From NCBI GenBank assembly GCA_002269645.1, contig NIVC01003078.1:36854-100853 (forward strand): a stretch of 64,000 nucleotides of DNA, read 5' to 3'. The position numbers were made by a program, and so were the translations under genes. Source of the stretch: Macrostomum lignano. Its lineage: Eukaryota. Shown in pieces: positions 19,416 through 63,310 of the stretch. The first letter of the stretch is position 1. Each line of letters starts with the position of its first letter. Under the pieces are notes generated by a model. The model was not told the origin of the DNA, did not search any database, and saw only the letters and a list, made by a program, of their open reading frames with translations.

Positions 19416-19815
19416 ATACATGTTATATACAAATGTTTAAATATGTAATTTGATTAACCTGTGTACCGGCCCAGTGTTGTACAGGAAATCATGTATAAAA
19501 AGTCTCCGCCAATTTGTAATTCAGTTCTTTGTTTTCTGGAGACGGGATCTGATATTAAGATCCCATTTTTGTTCACCGAGGACAATTAAGTTACGATAAA
19601 ACATACATGTAACACGTACATGTACATTCACATTTTACAATGTATGCAGCTTGGTATTTCAATATGCATTATGCGTGTCTGGAAATTATCTATTTTTATA
19701 ACAAAACATTATATCAAAAAGATGTCTTTGAAATGTGCAAGAAAGCCATGCAAATCGGTTCAGTTTGTTCTGAAAGTGACTGCTGAAAGAATCAGCATTT
19801 CTCAGCTTCGGTAAT

Positions 19816-20815
19816 GGGCCGTATGCAGAAAGCTCTGTCGACTAGGGTAGTCCGGTCTTGAAAAGCTAGTCTGGGCTTGGATTTGGTATGCAGAAACACA
19901 AAGTTAGACTGGTCTACTATAGACAGAACAAAGGTAGCTAGACCATAGACTATAGACTGAACTACCCAAGTCCGGACTACTACTACTACTACTACTAAAT
20001 AAGTAATATGGCGCCTCAGCCATTGAACAGGCTCTAATTACGCCACTAGGAATGAATTAGGATCCATGTTGGGAGTCAGGGAGTGTACTAATGTACACTA
20101 GGTTTCTAAGCTATCTAAAAGAGGACTGTGGCCATCAAGCCGAGCAGGCGACACCAGTCGGGCTGAGGGCGCGGGCCCTACCCCCTACCGTCGGGGCGTC
20201 GCACCTACTCCAAACTCAAATCAAAACCTCCCCGGGGCTAGAGGGGGTTGAGTGAACCAATCAGGGAAGCCCGTGCCTTCTCCTGGGTTAGAAAGCCAAA
20301 AAACCGGTCATATGACCGCCCCCACGGCAAGTGCATGGCGACCCGAAGGAACCTCCCCACCCACTAAACCCCGGGTACTCTTGCCAGACAGTCTCTCATC
20401 TTTGAAGCGGCGGAGGGCTATTCGCCAGGACTGTTTCACCATTTGCTTCGCCAACCCGCCATTTTAATAGTGGCCATGTCAATTCGGCCCCGTCCTGCTC
20501 AGACTCAGTCCTGGTTTTGGCACACTCCAGCTTTAATAGAATCGCTGGTCTGTTCACCAGAGGACACTCCAAGGGAGACCGTGAGAGCATCAACTGGAAC
20601 AGGTATAGGCCTGCCTTCCTATACAGCTACCCACAGCCACAGCCCCCTCCTGATCTACCCTCTAACCCAGCCTACTAACTCATTACAAGCTTTCAGCCAG
20701 GCAGAGACAAGTGTCACAGGGGTACTGCGGTTCGGCGTCTCTATGCGAGACAAAACCAACTACCCAAGTCCGGACTAGCTAGTCTGGACTAGGCTTTATA
20801 CATACGGCGCGGCCC
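19816..20815. mobile_element. MITE-like element (imperfect GGGCC/GCCGTATG TIRs) interrupted by a retroposon insertion
   Basis: Left gggccgtatgcagaaagc versus right reverse complement gggccgcgccgtatgtataaagc; AAT on both flanks. Confidence 0.4.
19980..20757 (-). mobile_element. 5'-truncated non-LTR retroposon fragment with (TAG)n tail and 20-bp TSD
   Basis: AACTACCCAAGTCCGGACTA at 19960-19979 and 20758-20777; (CTA)n run abuts the left copy; GC-rich interior. Confidence 0.65.
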
Positions 20816-22911
20816 AATGTATTTTACAAGTATTAAAGAGTCTGTAGACTCTTTAGGATACACATAATTAAAGGTAAACAAACCACTTAGAACAGCAAAA
20901 CTATAAATCAAATCTTTCAATTTCAACTGAATTAGTCACTTATAGTTCTACTATTTTTTTCTTTTACGATCATATTTGATTTACTGATGTAACTATTTTA
21001 TTATCGCTTTTAACTTTTTTGTCTTGCCTTTATCATCGACGCGCGTTTACTGAAACATCCCTGATTATTTGTGTTTTGTTGTTTCGCCTATTGTTTGTAA
21101 CTTTGTACTGGGGCAAGGCCAGCTATCCCTAGCTGGCCAACTCACTAACTAACTAAGCCGAAAAAATTGCTGTTTGTCTAGACAGATATATAGGTTTGAG
21201 TAATTAGTTGTTGGCTTGTTTTTAGTCGTGAAGTTTTCACTACTGTGGTTCTGGCGTGTGTGTAGATCATTTCTTTTTTACACTAATTTGTTTCTTGATT
21301 CTAAGCCTGCATTATTATATAAAATGTTTTTGAACAACACATTTTACTCGTACATCGCATAAAATTGTATCAAGATTAAAGAGGCAGTAAAAAGTTGTAA
21401 AAAGTATGCAGAATAGGCCTATGCCATGCCATCGATAGTATAATTTTTTTAATTTTTTTTTGCCTACAGCAAAATAATATTTTGGAATAGAAGGCATATT
21501 TTAAACTAGAAATAGATGTTTTTTATCATCTTTTATTTGTTTTAGGTCTACATAATAAGAAACTTAAATTATATATAATAAACAAACTTAATAAAAGGTT
21601 ATTTTTAAATTATAATCTGCCAAATTATTTATTAACTATTGATTAAGTCCAGGAGGGCCTCCATTATAATGTCTCATTTCAGAATAATGGAAATTAAAAA
21701 TAATATGTTTTTATTTCAAAAATCAGATTAGGCCTAACTTTTGTTGGATCTATATATGTTAATTAATATAGCAATCAGAGATTATATTGAGTCTGCTAAA
21801 CAAACTTGTTTTACTATAATAACTTAAGACATTGTATTGTAATAATAGGAAAGTCACCATATCTATTATGTGTACCAACTAACTTTTGCCAACCTGGCTA
21901 AAATCTAAAATTTATACTAGAAATTTTTAGTGTATGTTGCATGATCTCTAATGTAGGCTAGAGACAACAAATTAACAAACAACATATTTTCATTTAGGTC
22001 TATTGTAAAAACTTATTATATCCAATCTGTTATATTTATACTTATTTAATGCTATATGCATAATATAAACCAAGTTCTTAAATCACCAAGGCTTTATAAG
22101 CAATTTTAATTAATTAATTTATTATTGCAATCATTATATTAAAGAAAATATTAACATATCTAACTTAATAACATATTATTGACAATTTTTTGACAAAAGT
22201 TTAGACAATTTTAGAAATATTATATAAAATAAGAAATATAATAATAAAAGTATAAGACCCATTTGTGTATTTTTTAGTTAAAGATTAGTAATTAAGCCTT
22301 TAAGTGATATTAGTAAAATAAGTTTTTAGTTTTTAAAATAAATTTTATTAAAGCATCAACAGCTAATATTAGCCAAAGATAAGGGTAACAAGGCTAGTAG
22401 TTTAGCACATTTGCTACTAAGTTAAGCTAGTAGCAAATGAGTTGGTTAGGTTAGTATATAGCTAAATGGGCTACTTGTGCAAATTACCCAACAGTAGTGA
22501 AATATGGCTTGCATAAGAGTTTAAACAAGGAAGTTGTCTATAGTTTGTAGAGCAAACTCAGTACAATTCAGCCCATTCATATACTAAATTGTTTGTCTGA
22601 AATATGTCTAGAGTCAGATTTTTACTATAGAGCCTTGGGGATTAGTCCTCAATGAGTGTGAATTACATGACAAATCCCAGTCAGTTTTTATGGATAAACA
22701 CCAATATAGGCTGCTCTGCCTCTGGAAATCCCTTCTTGGCATTGTTGTGTCATGACTTATTTCGTGGGGGCTGCAATGGTGAGGGTTGGCAAGTGAGTAG
22801 GCTGCGTATTAGTACTCTCGTATCATCTCTAGTTAGCACAGTACATCCATTGAAGTAGAAACCTTGTTTTTAATTTGTATTTAATGTGTAAAATGGAGTT
22901 GCAGACTTGCA

Positions 22912-23154
22912 TAATAATAATGAGAATTGATTACACCTGCATCAACTGGGCTGTTCAGTCCAAGGACTAGGGGAGGGGGTTGCCACACACACCCTCAATT
23001 ACCCCAGCTAATGCTGGCACCCATTTTACAGCTGGGTGAACTGAAGCAATGCAGAGTTAAGCGTCTTGCTCAAGGACACAAATTGTTCCAGTGGGATCGG
23101 GAATCGAACCCCCGACATTTAAGTCGTGAGTCCGACGCTCTAACCACTAGGCTA
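22912..23154 (-). mobile_element. tRNA-derived CORE-type SINE
   Basis: On the - strand: A box TAGCCTAGTGG, B box GGTTCGATTCC, then TGTGTCCTTGAGCAAGACGCTTAAC...CCCAGCTGTAAAATGGG (23020-23080), resembling the MIR/CORE domain; (ATT)n tail. Confidence 0.82.
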
Positions 23155-23298
23155 AAAGTAAAACTGCAGGCTTACAACTAAATACAATAGTTATGATATA
23201 TGCACTTGTTTCCAAGTCTCCTTTATTGATTGCAACTCTCTCCCTCACTCTCTGTCAGCACATATTCCAGCAGTCTTAGACAAGCCTTAACTTGTTCA

Positions 23299-53337
<30,039 letters not shown>

Positions 53338-53454
53338 TTTGAAATGTGCGATCGATAAGTTTTTTTCTGGCGTTGCTGACTTTATGATTTGATTTGCTTT
53401 TAGCAAGGTGCGTGGATTATAAACTTTTTTGAAGTATTGAATTGTGCAGAGTCT

Positions 53455-54260
53455 ACCCCGACTACCCAATCGTCTACGCTGACTAGCTACCCAATAGACT
53501 ACTTTGACTACCCAATATTGTACTATGACTACCCAATAGTCTACCCTGACTTACCCAATAGTCTACCCTGACTTACCCAATAGTCTACCCTGACTACCTA
53601 ATAGTCTACCCTGACTACCAAATAGTCTACTTTGACTACCCAATAGTCTACTTGACTACCCAATAGTCTACCCTGACTTACCCAATAGTCTACTTGACTA
53701 CCTAAAAGTCTACCCTGACTATCCAATAGTCTACTTTGACTACCCAATAGTCTACCCTGACTTACCCAATAGTCTACTTGACTACCAAATAGTCTACCCT
53801 GACTACCAAATAGTCTACTTTGACTACCCAATAGTCTACCCTGACTTACCCAATAGTCTACTTGACTACCTAATAGTCTACCCTGACTACCAAATAGTCT
53901 ACTTTGACTACCCAATAGTCTACTTGACTACCCAATAGTCTACCCTGACTTACCCAATAGTCTACTTGACTACCTAAAAGTCTACCCTGACTATCCAATA
54001 GTCTACTTTGACTACCCAATAGTCTACCCTGACTTATCCAATAGTCTACTTGACTACCAAATAGTCTACCCTGACTACCAAATAGTCTACTTTGACTACC
54101 CAATAGTCTACTTGACTACCTAATAGTCTACCCTGACTACCCAATAGTCTACTTGACTACCTAAAAGTCTACCCTGACTATCCAATAGTCTACTTTGACT
54201 ACCCAATAGTCTACCCTGACTACCCAATAGTTTACCCTGACTACCCAATAGTCTACTGGG
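53455..54260. repeat. ~21-bp minisatellite (ACTACCCAATAGTCTACCCTG), downstream of the CAPS stop
   Basis: Direct tandem repetition with an internal ~270-bp block duplication. Confidence 0.94.
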
Positions 54261-55334
54261 AAGTTGTCTAATGCCTTCTAAAATTAAGATGCTCTCAACA
54301 AATGCTACTCCAGCTCTACAATTATCACTTCACTATCCAATCCAATCTTTGACTTTATTTGATTAAACTATTTTTTTGCGCCTACAATTTTTTTTGTTTG
54401 TTTTTCGATTTCTTCAATCTTAACAAAGCAATGCGGCCTATTGACATGTTTTTACCCTCTACATAACATAGCATAGCTGATTTGGTAAGCTGGGGAAAGT
54501 ATTTTCTCATGTTACCATGCAATACACTTCAAAATGTAGTTATCGCTCAGTTACATTGTGTTGTGACTCAAACTTCGGAATTTTTTCTATTGTAGCTCGT
54601 AGTTCGAGTTTTTTGTGCAATTTTGTGTCTGACACGGGTGAATTTTGATTTATGATTATTTTTGCTGGATCTTTGTTCATTTTTTGAGCAACTGTTGCGT
54701 TTTCTAAGAAATGAAAGATTCGCTTTTGAGCAGCTCTGAATGTGGTGTAACAAAAGTATGTTGCTTGCATTCCCACCATGCTACTGACAGTTTGCCATTT
54801 CACAAGTAGCATGATAAGGATATTGATACATTCAACTTTATTCAGTTTCAATTTCGCTTTTACAGTTTCAATAGAATTCCAATCGAGTTCTGCTACTATC
54901 AAGTAGCTGTTTGCAAATATCTACGTTGCAATAAAATATTCTAATTTGCCAGTGGGTTTTTTAATTCCTTGAGAATTGAAAGATTTATTTTTTGTTGTGG
55001 CTATCAATGTGAGTATTGTATTATTGCTGTTGTCATTTTGTTTAACCGTATTAAAAAGTGGCTGATTTGAATTTAGTTAAGTTATATTTTTGTCTGTGTT
55101 TTTTTACTGTTTTTTGGCAATAATATTACATGGTACAGTGATACATATAGAGCTGATAGTAGTAACATGAGTCCGTTTTTTGCATAAATTATATTGCTGC
55201 TGGCACTGCTCGAATATTTTATAGTATCGTGTCTTTTTGCTTTTTCTTGAATCTTTGGAGCTAAATTCAACTTAGAGAATGTTTTTAAGGTACGAGGTAT
55301 AGGGTCAAGCTGTTAGATATGACGCCAAGTTGTT

Positions 55335-57615
55335 ATGGGTGTTGAAACTAAACAGGGTGTTAGACACGACGCTAAACAGCGTGTTAAACACGACACTAAA
55401 AAGGTGTTAGACACGGTGTTAATATGCGTTAGGCACGACGCTAAACAGGGTGTTAGACACGACGCTAAACAGGGTGTTAGACACGACACTAAACAGGGTG
55501 TTAGACACGGTGTTATTATGTGTTAGACACGACGCTAAACAGGGTGTTAGACACGGCATTAAACAGGGTGTTAGACACGACGCTAAACAGGGTGTTAGAC
55601 ACGACGCTAAACAGGATGTTAGACACGGAGCTAAACAGGGTCTTAGACACGACACTAAACAGGATGTTAGACACGGAGCTAAACAGGGTGTTAGACACGA
55701 CGCTAAACAGGGTGTTAGACACGACGCTAAACAGGGTGTTAGACACGGTTTTGAATATGTGTTAGACACTACGCTAAACAGGGTGTTAGACAGGGCACTA
55801 AACAGGGTGTTAGACGGGGTGTTAAATATGTATTAGACACGACGCTAAACAGGGTGTTAGATACGGTGCTAAACAGGGTGTTAGGCACTGCACTAAACAA
55901 GGTGTTAGACACGGTGTTAATATGAGTTAGACACGACGCTAAACAGGGTGTTAGACACGTCACTAAACAGTGTGTTAGACAAGGCACTAAACAGGGTGTT
56001 AGGCACGGCACTAAACAGGGTGTTAGAAACGGCACTAAGCAGGGTGTTAGACACGACGCTAAACAGGGTGTTAGACACGACGCTAAACAGGGTGTTAGAC
56101 ACGGCACTGAAAGTTGTTAGACACGACGCTAAACAGGGTGTTAGATACGGTGCTAAACAGGGTGTTAGGCACTGCACTAAACAAGGTGTTAGACACGGTG
56201 TTAATATGAGTTAGACACGACGCTAAACAGGGTGTTAGACACGTCACTAAACAGTGTGTTAGACAAGGCACTAAACAGGGTGTTAGGCACGGCACTAAAC
56301 AGGGTGTTAGAAACGGCACTAAGCAGGGTGTTAGACACGACGCTAAACAGGGTGTTAGACACGACGCTAAACAGGGTGTTAGACACGGCACTGAAAGGTG
56401 TTAGACACGACGCTAAACAGGGTGTTAGACACGGCACTGAAAGGTGTTAGACACGACGTTAAACAGGGTGTTAGGCACGGCACTAAACAGGGTGTTAGAC
56501 GGGGTGTTAAATATGTATTAGACACGACGCTAAACAGGGTGTTAGACACGACGCTAAACAGGGTGTTAGACACGACGCTAAGCAGGGTGTTAGACACGGT
56601 GTTAAATATGTGTTAGACACGACGCTAAACAGGGTGTTAGACACGACGCTAAGCAGGGTGTTAGACACGGCACTAAACAGGGTGTTAGACACGACGCCAA
56701 ACAGGGTGTTAGACAGGACGCTAAAAAGGGTGTTAGACACGGTGCTAAACAGGGTGTTAGGCACGGCACTAAACATGGTGTTAGACACGGTGCTAAACAG
56801 GGTGTTAGGCACGGCACTAAACAAGGTGTTAGACACGGTGTTAATATAAGTTAGACACGACGCTAAACAGGGTGTTAGGCACGGCACTAAACAGGGTGTT
56901 AGACGGGGTGTTAAATATGTATTAGACGCGACGCTAAACAGGGTGTTAGACACGACGCTAAACAGGGTGTTAGACACGACGCTAAGCAGGGTGTTAGACA
57001 CGGTGTTAAATATGTGTTAGACACGGCACTAAACAGGGTGTTAGACACGACGCTAAGTAAGGTGTTAGACACGACGCTAAACAGGGTGTTAGAAACGGCA
57101 CTAAACAGTGTGTTAGACACGGCACTAAACAGTGTGTTAGACACGGCACTAAACAGGGTGTTAGGCACGGCACTAAACAGGGTGTTAGAAACGGACTAAA
57201 CAGGGTGTTAGACACGACGCTAAACAGGATGTTAGACACGACGCTAAACAGGGTGTTAGACACAGGGTGCTAAACAGTGTGTTAGACACGGCACTAAACA
57301 GTGTGTTAGACACGGCACTAAACAGGGTGTTAGGCACGGCACTAAACAGGGTGTTAGAAACGGCACTAAGCAGGGTGTTAGACACGACGCTAAACAGGGT
57401 GTTAGACACGACGCTAAGCAGGGTGTTAGACACGGCACTAAACAGGGTGTTAGAGACGGTGTTAAATATGTGTTGGACACGGCACTAAACAGGGTGTTAG
57501 ACACGACGCTAAAAAGGTGTTAGACACGACGCTAAACAGGGTGTTAGACACAGGGTGCTAAACAGGCTCTTAGACACGACAGTTAACGCGGCGCAAAACA
57601 GATGTTAGACACAGC
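55335..57615. repeat. 24-bp minisatellite (GTTAGACACGACGCTAAACAGGGT)
   Basis: Direct tandem repetition with higher-order blocks. Confidence 0.96.
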
Positions 57616-58165
57616 ATATTAGCTTTATTTAGCGCCATCAGGCTTTACACACAGTTATATTTTCTGTTTTTATATGAAATTAATACTAGTACATACTGCT
57701 CTTCAAAGGCATTCATACTATAATTTCTGAATGAGTCAGTTCGTTCCCTGTTAAAATATTTCTCGTAGAAGCGACACAATCAGACGCCACTGCAGTTTGG
57801 TGCTACTTTGAACACCAACCAGCATTTTATGTAGCGGAATCTTGCATGCACTGCGCTAGGCTCAAGCTGAAGAGACTCTCTCATTTTTCCATGCGATTCG
57901 TCTTTTAACTGGGAATGAGAGAAATAGTTCTAGCGATGATTCTATAAAGAAAAATATTGTAACAGTATCTGTCCTCTGCACCGAAGTTCGGGAGGAAAGC
58001 GCTTGTGTTTTATTTCAGAAGACTACTATGAGATAAAGAAGGAAAGAAGGACAGGCACTCGGGACTGACACTAAGACTGACACTTAGTGCTGACACTAAG
58101 ACTGACACTTAGGGCTTACACTAAGACTGACACTTAGTGCTGACACTAAGACTGACACTGAAACA

Positions 58166-58574
58166 AGTATTGGTTTTGTCAGCCTAACTGAGAATAAAGC
58201 CATCCAAAGTGAGAATCCTGCCTACGCTGACTGCGAAGGGCCTGGCTGCGTGCAGCCTTAGTCTATGGGCCATAGACTATAAAGGACAAGCAAAGTGATA
58301 AAAAGCCATCCAATGTGAGAATCCTGCCTACGCTGAATACGAAGGGCCTAGCTGCGTCCAGCCTAGTCTATGAGCCATAGACTATAAAGGACAAGCAAAG
58401 TTTTAAAAGACCAATCGATTCTCACATTGGATGGCTTTTTATCACTTTGCTTGTCCTTTATTGTCTATGGCCCATAGACTAAGGCTGCACGCAGCCAGGC
58501 CCTTCGCCGTAAGCGTAGGCAGGATTCTCACTTTGGATGGCTTTGTTCTCAGTTGGGCTGACAAAACCAATACT
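58166..58574. mobile_element. Foldback MITE-like element with ~158-bp TIRs
   Basis: 58166-58323 is near-identical to the reverse complement of 58417-58574; flanks GAAACA / AAAACA. Confidence 0.8.
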
Positions 58575-58913
58575 AAAACAGAGTACAGACACTACATACA
58601 GACACTGCAGACAGTCACTAAAGAAAGACACTAAGACTGTCAGTAAGACACACCGAGACAGACACTAGGACAGACGCTACAGACAGACACTGAAACAAAC
58701 CCTACAGACGGATACAAAGACAGACACTGAGACAGACCGACACAGACAGACACTGAGACAGACCCTACAGACAGACCCTACAGCAGACCCTACAGACAGA
58801 CACTACAGACAGAAACATTTGTTGAAAATATTGCATGCTACCCGGCCTGCTTGTTAGCAGCATGCAGGCGCTGAGGCTGAAGTGTGTTAACCGAAGCGCA
58901 ACTAAGAAGGATC

Positions 58914-58944
<31 letters not shown>

Positions 58945-59481
58945 CAGGGCCGCAGCAACCAACCGATGAACCAACATGCAGAGCCAAGCCTGCAGCACTT
59001 CATCTTCGGACAGATTTTACCCCAGCTCTGACCCCAAGCGTACATGCAGACCATGCAGTCAACCAAAGCCAACCACCTCAAGCTGACGGGGGTTTACCAG
59101 CTTAGTTGCGATGGCATGTTGATAAATTGATGCTGCAGCATATTTCGGTAACCAGTCAGTCAGGAAGGTGCTTTAAATTCCTTAGCATTTTGCCGCACCC
59201 TCAGTCGGATTCAAGTTGAATTTGTGAAAGGAAATCAATTCAAATAATTATTCTTGTTTTGAAACTGAGATGGCCCAGCATCAACAGCATCAGCATCAGC
59301 AGCCGGCCCCGCCTCCGCCTCCACCAATTAGGACTACGGCGGAGCTGCAGCATCATAAGTGAGTTTTTGGGTAGACATACGATGGATCTGCTTTTATGGT
59401 GCGAAGTTTTTAGCTGTCTCGTTTTAATATCTATAATTTTACTTGTACATCAAGGTTTTTATCTTCATGGCAATCTCTGCC

Positions 59482-60065
59482 TACTCTCCTCTCTCCTCTG
59501 CCTACTCTCCTCTCTCCTCTGCTTACTCTCTTCTGTCCCCTCCCTACTCTCCGCTGTCCCCTCCCTACTCTCCTCTGTCCTCTGCCTACTCTCCTCTCTC
59601 CTCTGCTTACTCTCCTCTGTCCCCTCCCTACTCTCCTCTGTCCTCTGCCTACTCTCCTCTGTCCTCTGCCTACTCTCCTCTCTCCTCTGCCTACTCTCCT
59701 CTGTCCCCTCCCTACTCTCCGCTGTCCCCTCCCTACTCTCCTCTGTCCTCTGCCTACTCTCCTCTCTCCTCTGCTTACTCTCCTCTGTCCCCTCCCTACT
59801 CTCCTCTGTCCTCTGCCTACTCTCATCTGTCCTCTGCCTACTCTCCTCTCTCCTCTGCCTACTCTCCTCTGTCCCCTCCCCACTCCCCGCTGTCCCCTCC
59901 CTACTCTCCTCTGTCCCCTCCCTACTCTCCACTGTCCCCTCCCTACTCTCCTCTGTCCCCTCCCTACTCTCCGCTGTCCTCTGCCTACTCTCCTCTGTCC
60001 TCTGCCTACTCTCATCTGTCCTCTCCCTACTCTCCTCCGTCCTCTCCCTACTCTTCTCTCTCGTG
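59482..60065. repeat. 21-bp minisatellite (TACTCTCCTCTGTCCTCTGCC), translating as YSPLS(S/P)(A/P) heptads
   Basis: About 27 tandem units. Confidence 0.93.
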
Positions 60066-61229
60066 TCCTAACTCTCCTCTCCTCTGCCCTATCTCCTCTC
60101 TCCTCTCTCCTCTGCCTACTCTCATCTCATCTCTCCTCCCTTCTCTCTTCCCTCTCCGCTCTCCCCTCTCCTTTCACCCCACACCTCTCTCCTCTCATCT
60201 CTCTCTCTCTTTTCTTCTCTCTTACTTTCTCCTCCCTTCTCTCCTCTCTATCTTTTCGTCTCGTCTCTTATTCCCTATCACATTTTCACCTGTTTACACC
60301 TGTTATTCAAAATGACCTGGAACATTGCCAAACAATCTTTGACTAATATTTCAATTATAAAAGCTCGTGTGCTATGATTTGGTACATTAACTTTAACCAT
60401 ATTTTTATTGGCAAGGCCGCACAATCATTTAATCAAGCGATGAATATATAGATAATTCTGTAGGTGTAAACACAGCTTGCATGAAGTGTCAATGCAGTAT
60501 ACCTACAGGGTAATAAAACCTTTAACCTTAATAATATCGTTGGGCTTATATTTTGATATATTTTATTGCTATATTTAGCGGTTTTAAGGAACTTCGGGTT
60601 TCCAGGGAATTTCGTGTTTCCAGGGAAACTGCACGCGGGTCTAAGAATAGTCGGAACAACAAATAAATATAATCAAGTATTTTTGAATTAAACAATATTT
60701 GCTTTGTTAAGATGCAAGTTTTAAAAAGCCTGCATAAAAACATTCTAGATTTTTAAGAATCTTTGAGTAAAATTTCACTGAAGCCTTTAAAAGCTTATCT
60801 AGCTTAGCAATGCTTGAGCTCTTTATTCCCTGTGCTTCAACTTGTTTCAATATCAGCTCAACTATATCAAGTCTATTTAAAAGTATATTTTGCAAACCAT
60901 TGAGCAATCGATCGGTGACAATGCCCTGCTCAGTACGTACGGAGTTTATTGATTGATTTGACCCCAGAACAGGTGGCACCAAATGCATTTTTTTAAACGC
61001 GTGGGTGCTTTAAAGCTATTATACTAGTATTTTCATTTTTCGCTTTAGTTTCAGCATTGGATTGACATTTTATTAAAGTAGTACTACTAATAGTAGCTTT
61101 AATGGACATTACCTGCATATGCATCCCGTATTTATAGTGCTCACTAATTCTATACTCAAAATTGTAAAGTATCTAGGCGTAAAGTCCTAGAAAATTGTTT
61201 ACATCTAATCGGAAATACATAAGTACATC

Positions 61230-63310
61230 AATCAACCAATCAAAGACGCATTATCCCCAATCGAAGACACATTATCCCGAATCGAAGACACATAATCACC
61301 AATCAAAGACACATTATCACCAATCAAAGACGCATTATCCCCAATCAAATACACATTACTCCTAATCAAAGACACATAATCCTCAATCAAATACACATAA
61401 TCATCAATCAAATACACATAATCATCAATCAAAGACACATTATCCCCAATCAAATACACGTAATTCTCAATCAAAGACACATTATCCCCAATCAAATACA
61501 CATTATCCCCAATCAAAGACACGTAATTCTCAATCAAAGACACATTATCCCCAATCGAAGACACATCATCCCCAATCGAAGACACATTATCCCCAATCAA
61601 AGACGCATTATCCCCAATCAAAGACGCATTATCCCCAATCAAATACACATTACTCCCAATCAAAGACACATAATCCTCAATCAAATACACATAATCCTCA
61701 ATCAAAGACACATTATCACCAATCAAAGACACATTATCCCCAATCAAAGACACATTATCCCCAATCAAAGACACATTATCCTCTATCAAATACACATTAT
61801 CCCCAATCAAAGACACACTATCCTCTATCAAATACACATTATCCCCAATCAAAGACACATTATCTCCAATCAAAGACACATTATCCCCAATCAAAGACGC
61901 ATTATCCCCAATCAAATACACATTACTCCCAATCAAAGACACATAATCCTCAATCAAATACACATAATCCTCAATCAAAGACACATTATCACCAATCAAA
62001 GACACATTATCCCCAATCAAAGACACATTATCCCCAATCAAAGACACATTATCCTCTATCAAATACACATTATCCCCAATCAAAGACACATTATCACCAA
62101 TCAAAGACACATTATCACCAATCAAAGACACATTATCCCCAATCAAATACACATAATCCTCAATCAAATACACATAATCATCAATCAAAGACACATTATC
62201 ACCAATCAAAGACACATTATCCCCAATCAAAGACACATTATCCTCTATCAAATACACATTATCCCCAATCAAAGACACATTATCACCAATCAAAGACACA
62301 TTATCACCAATCAAAGACACATTATCCCCAATCAAATACACATAATCCTCAATCAAATACACATAATCATCAATCAAAGACACATTATCACCAATCAAAG
62401 ACACATTATCACCAATCAAAGACACATTATCCCCAATCAAAGACACATTATCCCCAATCAAAGACACATTATCCTCTATCAAATACACATTATCCCCAAT
62501 CAAAGACACATTATCACCAATCAAAGACACATTATCACCAATCAAAGACACATTATCCCCAATCAAAGACACATAATCCTCAATCAAATACACATAATCA
62601 TCAATCAAAGACACATTATCACCAATCAAAGACACATTATCCCCAATCAAAGACACATTATCCCCAATCAAAGACACATTATCCTCAATCAAATACACAT
62701 TATCACCAATCAAAACACATTATCCCCAATCAAAGACACATTATCCCCAATCAAATACACATTATTCCCAATCAAAGACACGTAATTCTCAATCAAAGAC
62801 CCATTATCCCCAATCAAAGACACATTATCCTCTATCAAATACACATTATCCCCAATCAAAGACACACTATCCTCTATCAAATACACATTATCCCCAATCA
62901 AAGACACATTATCTCCAATCAAAGACGCATTATCCCCAATCAAAGACGCATTATCCCCAATCAAATACACATTACTCCCAATCAAAGACACATAATCCTC
63001 AATCAAATACACATAATCCTCAATCAAAGACACATTATCACCAATCAAAGACACATTATCCCCAATCAAAGACACATTATCCCCAATCAAAGACACATTA
63101 TCCTCTATCAAATACACATTATCCCCAATCAAAGACACACTATCCTCTATCAAATACACATTATCCCCAATCAAAGACACATTATCTCCAATCAAAGACA
63201 CATTATCCCCAATCAAAGACACATTATCACCAATCAAAGACACATTATTCCCAATCAAAGACACATAATCCTCAATCAAAGACACATCCCCTAATTGAAG
63301 ACACATTATC
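61230..63310. repeat. 21-bp minisatellite (ATCAAAGACACATTATCCCCA)
   Basis: Direct tandem repetition; source of the IGDNVSL ORFs. Confidence 0.96.

Noticed and set aside
19052-23154. tRNA genes at 19052 (+) and 23154 (-)
   Set aside because: A/B boxes are present but continue into SINE bodies with tails; no complete acceptor stem seen.
58860-59358. Possible exons of a next gene (Gln/Pro-rich, donor at 59359)
   Set aside because: No consistent frame or homology recognised; cannot assign a product.
59482-60065. RPB1 (Pol II largest subunit) gene
   Set aside because: Heptads have Leu at position 4, and no RPB1 body exons exist between CAPS and the array.
60707-60988. 93-aa - strand ORF
   Set aside because: AT-rich with no motif recognised.
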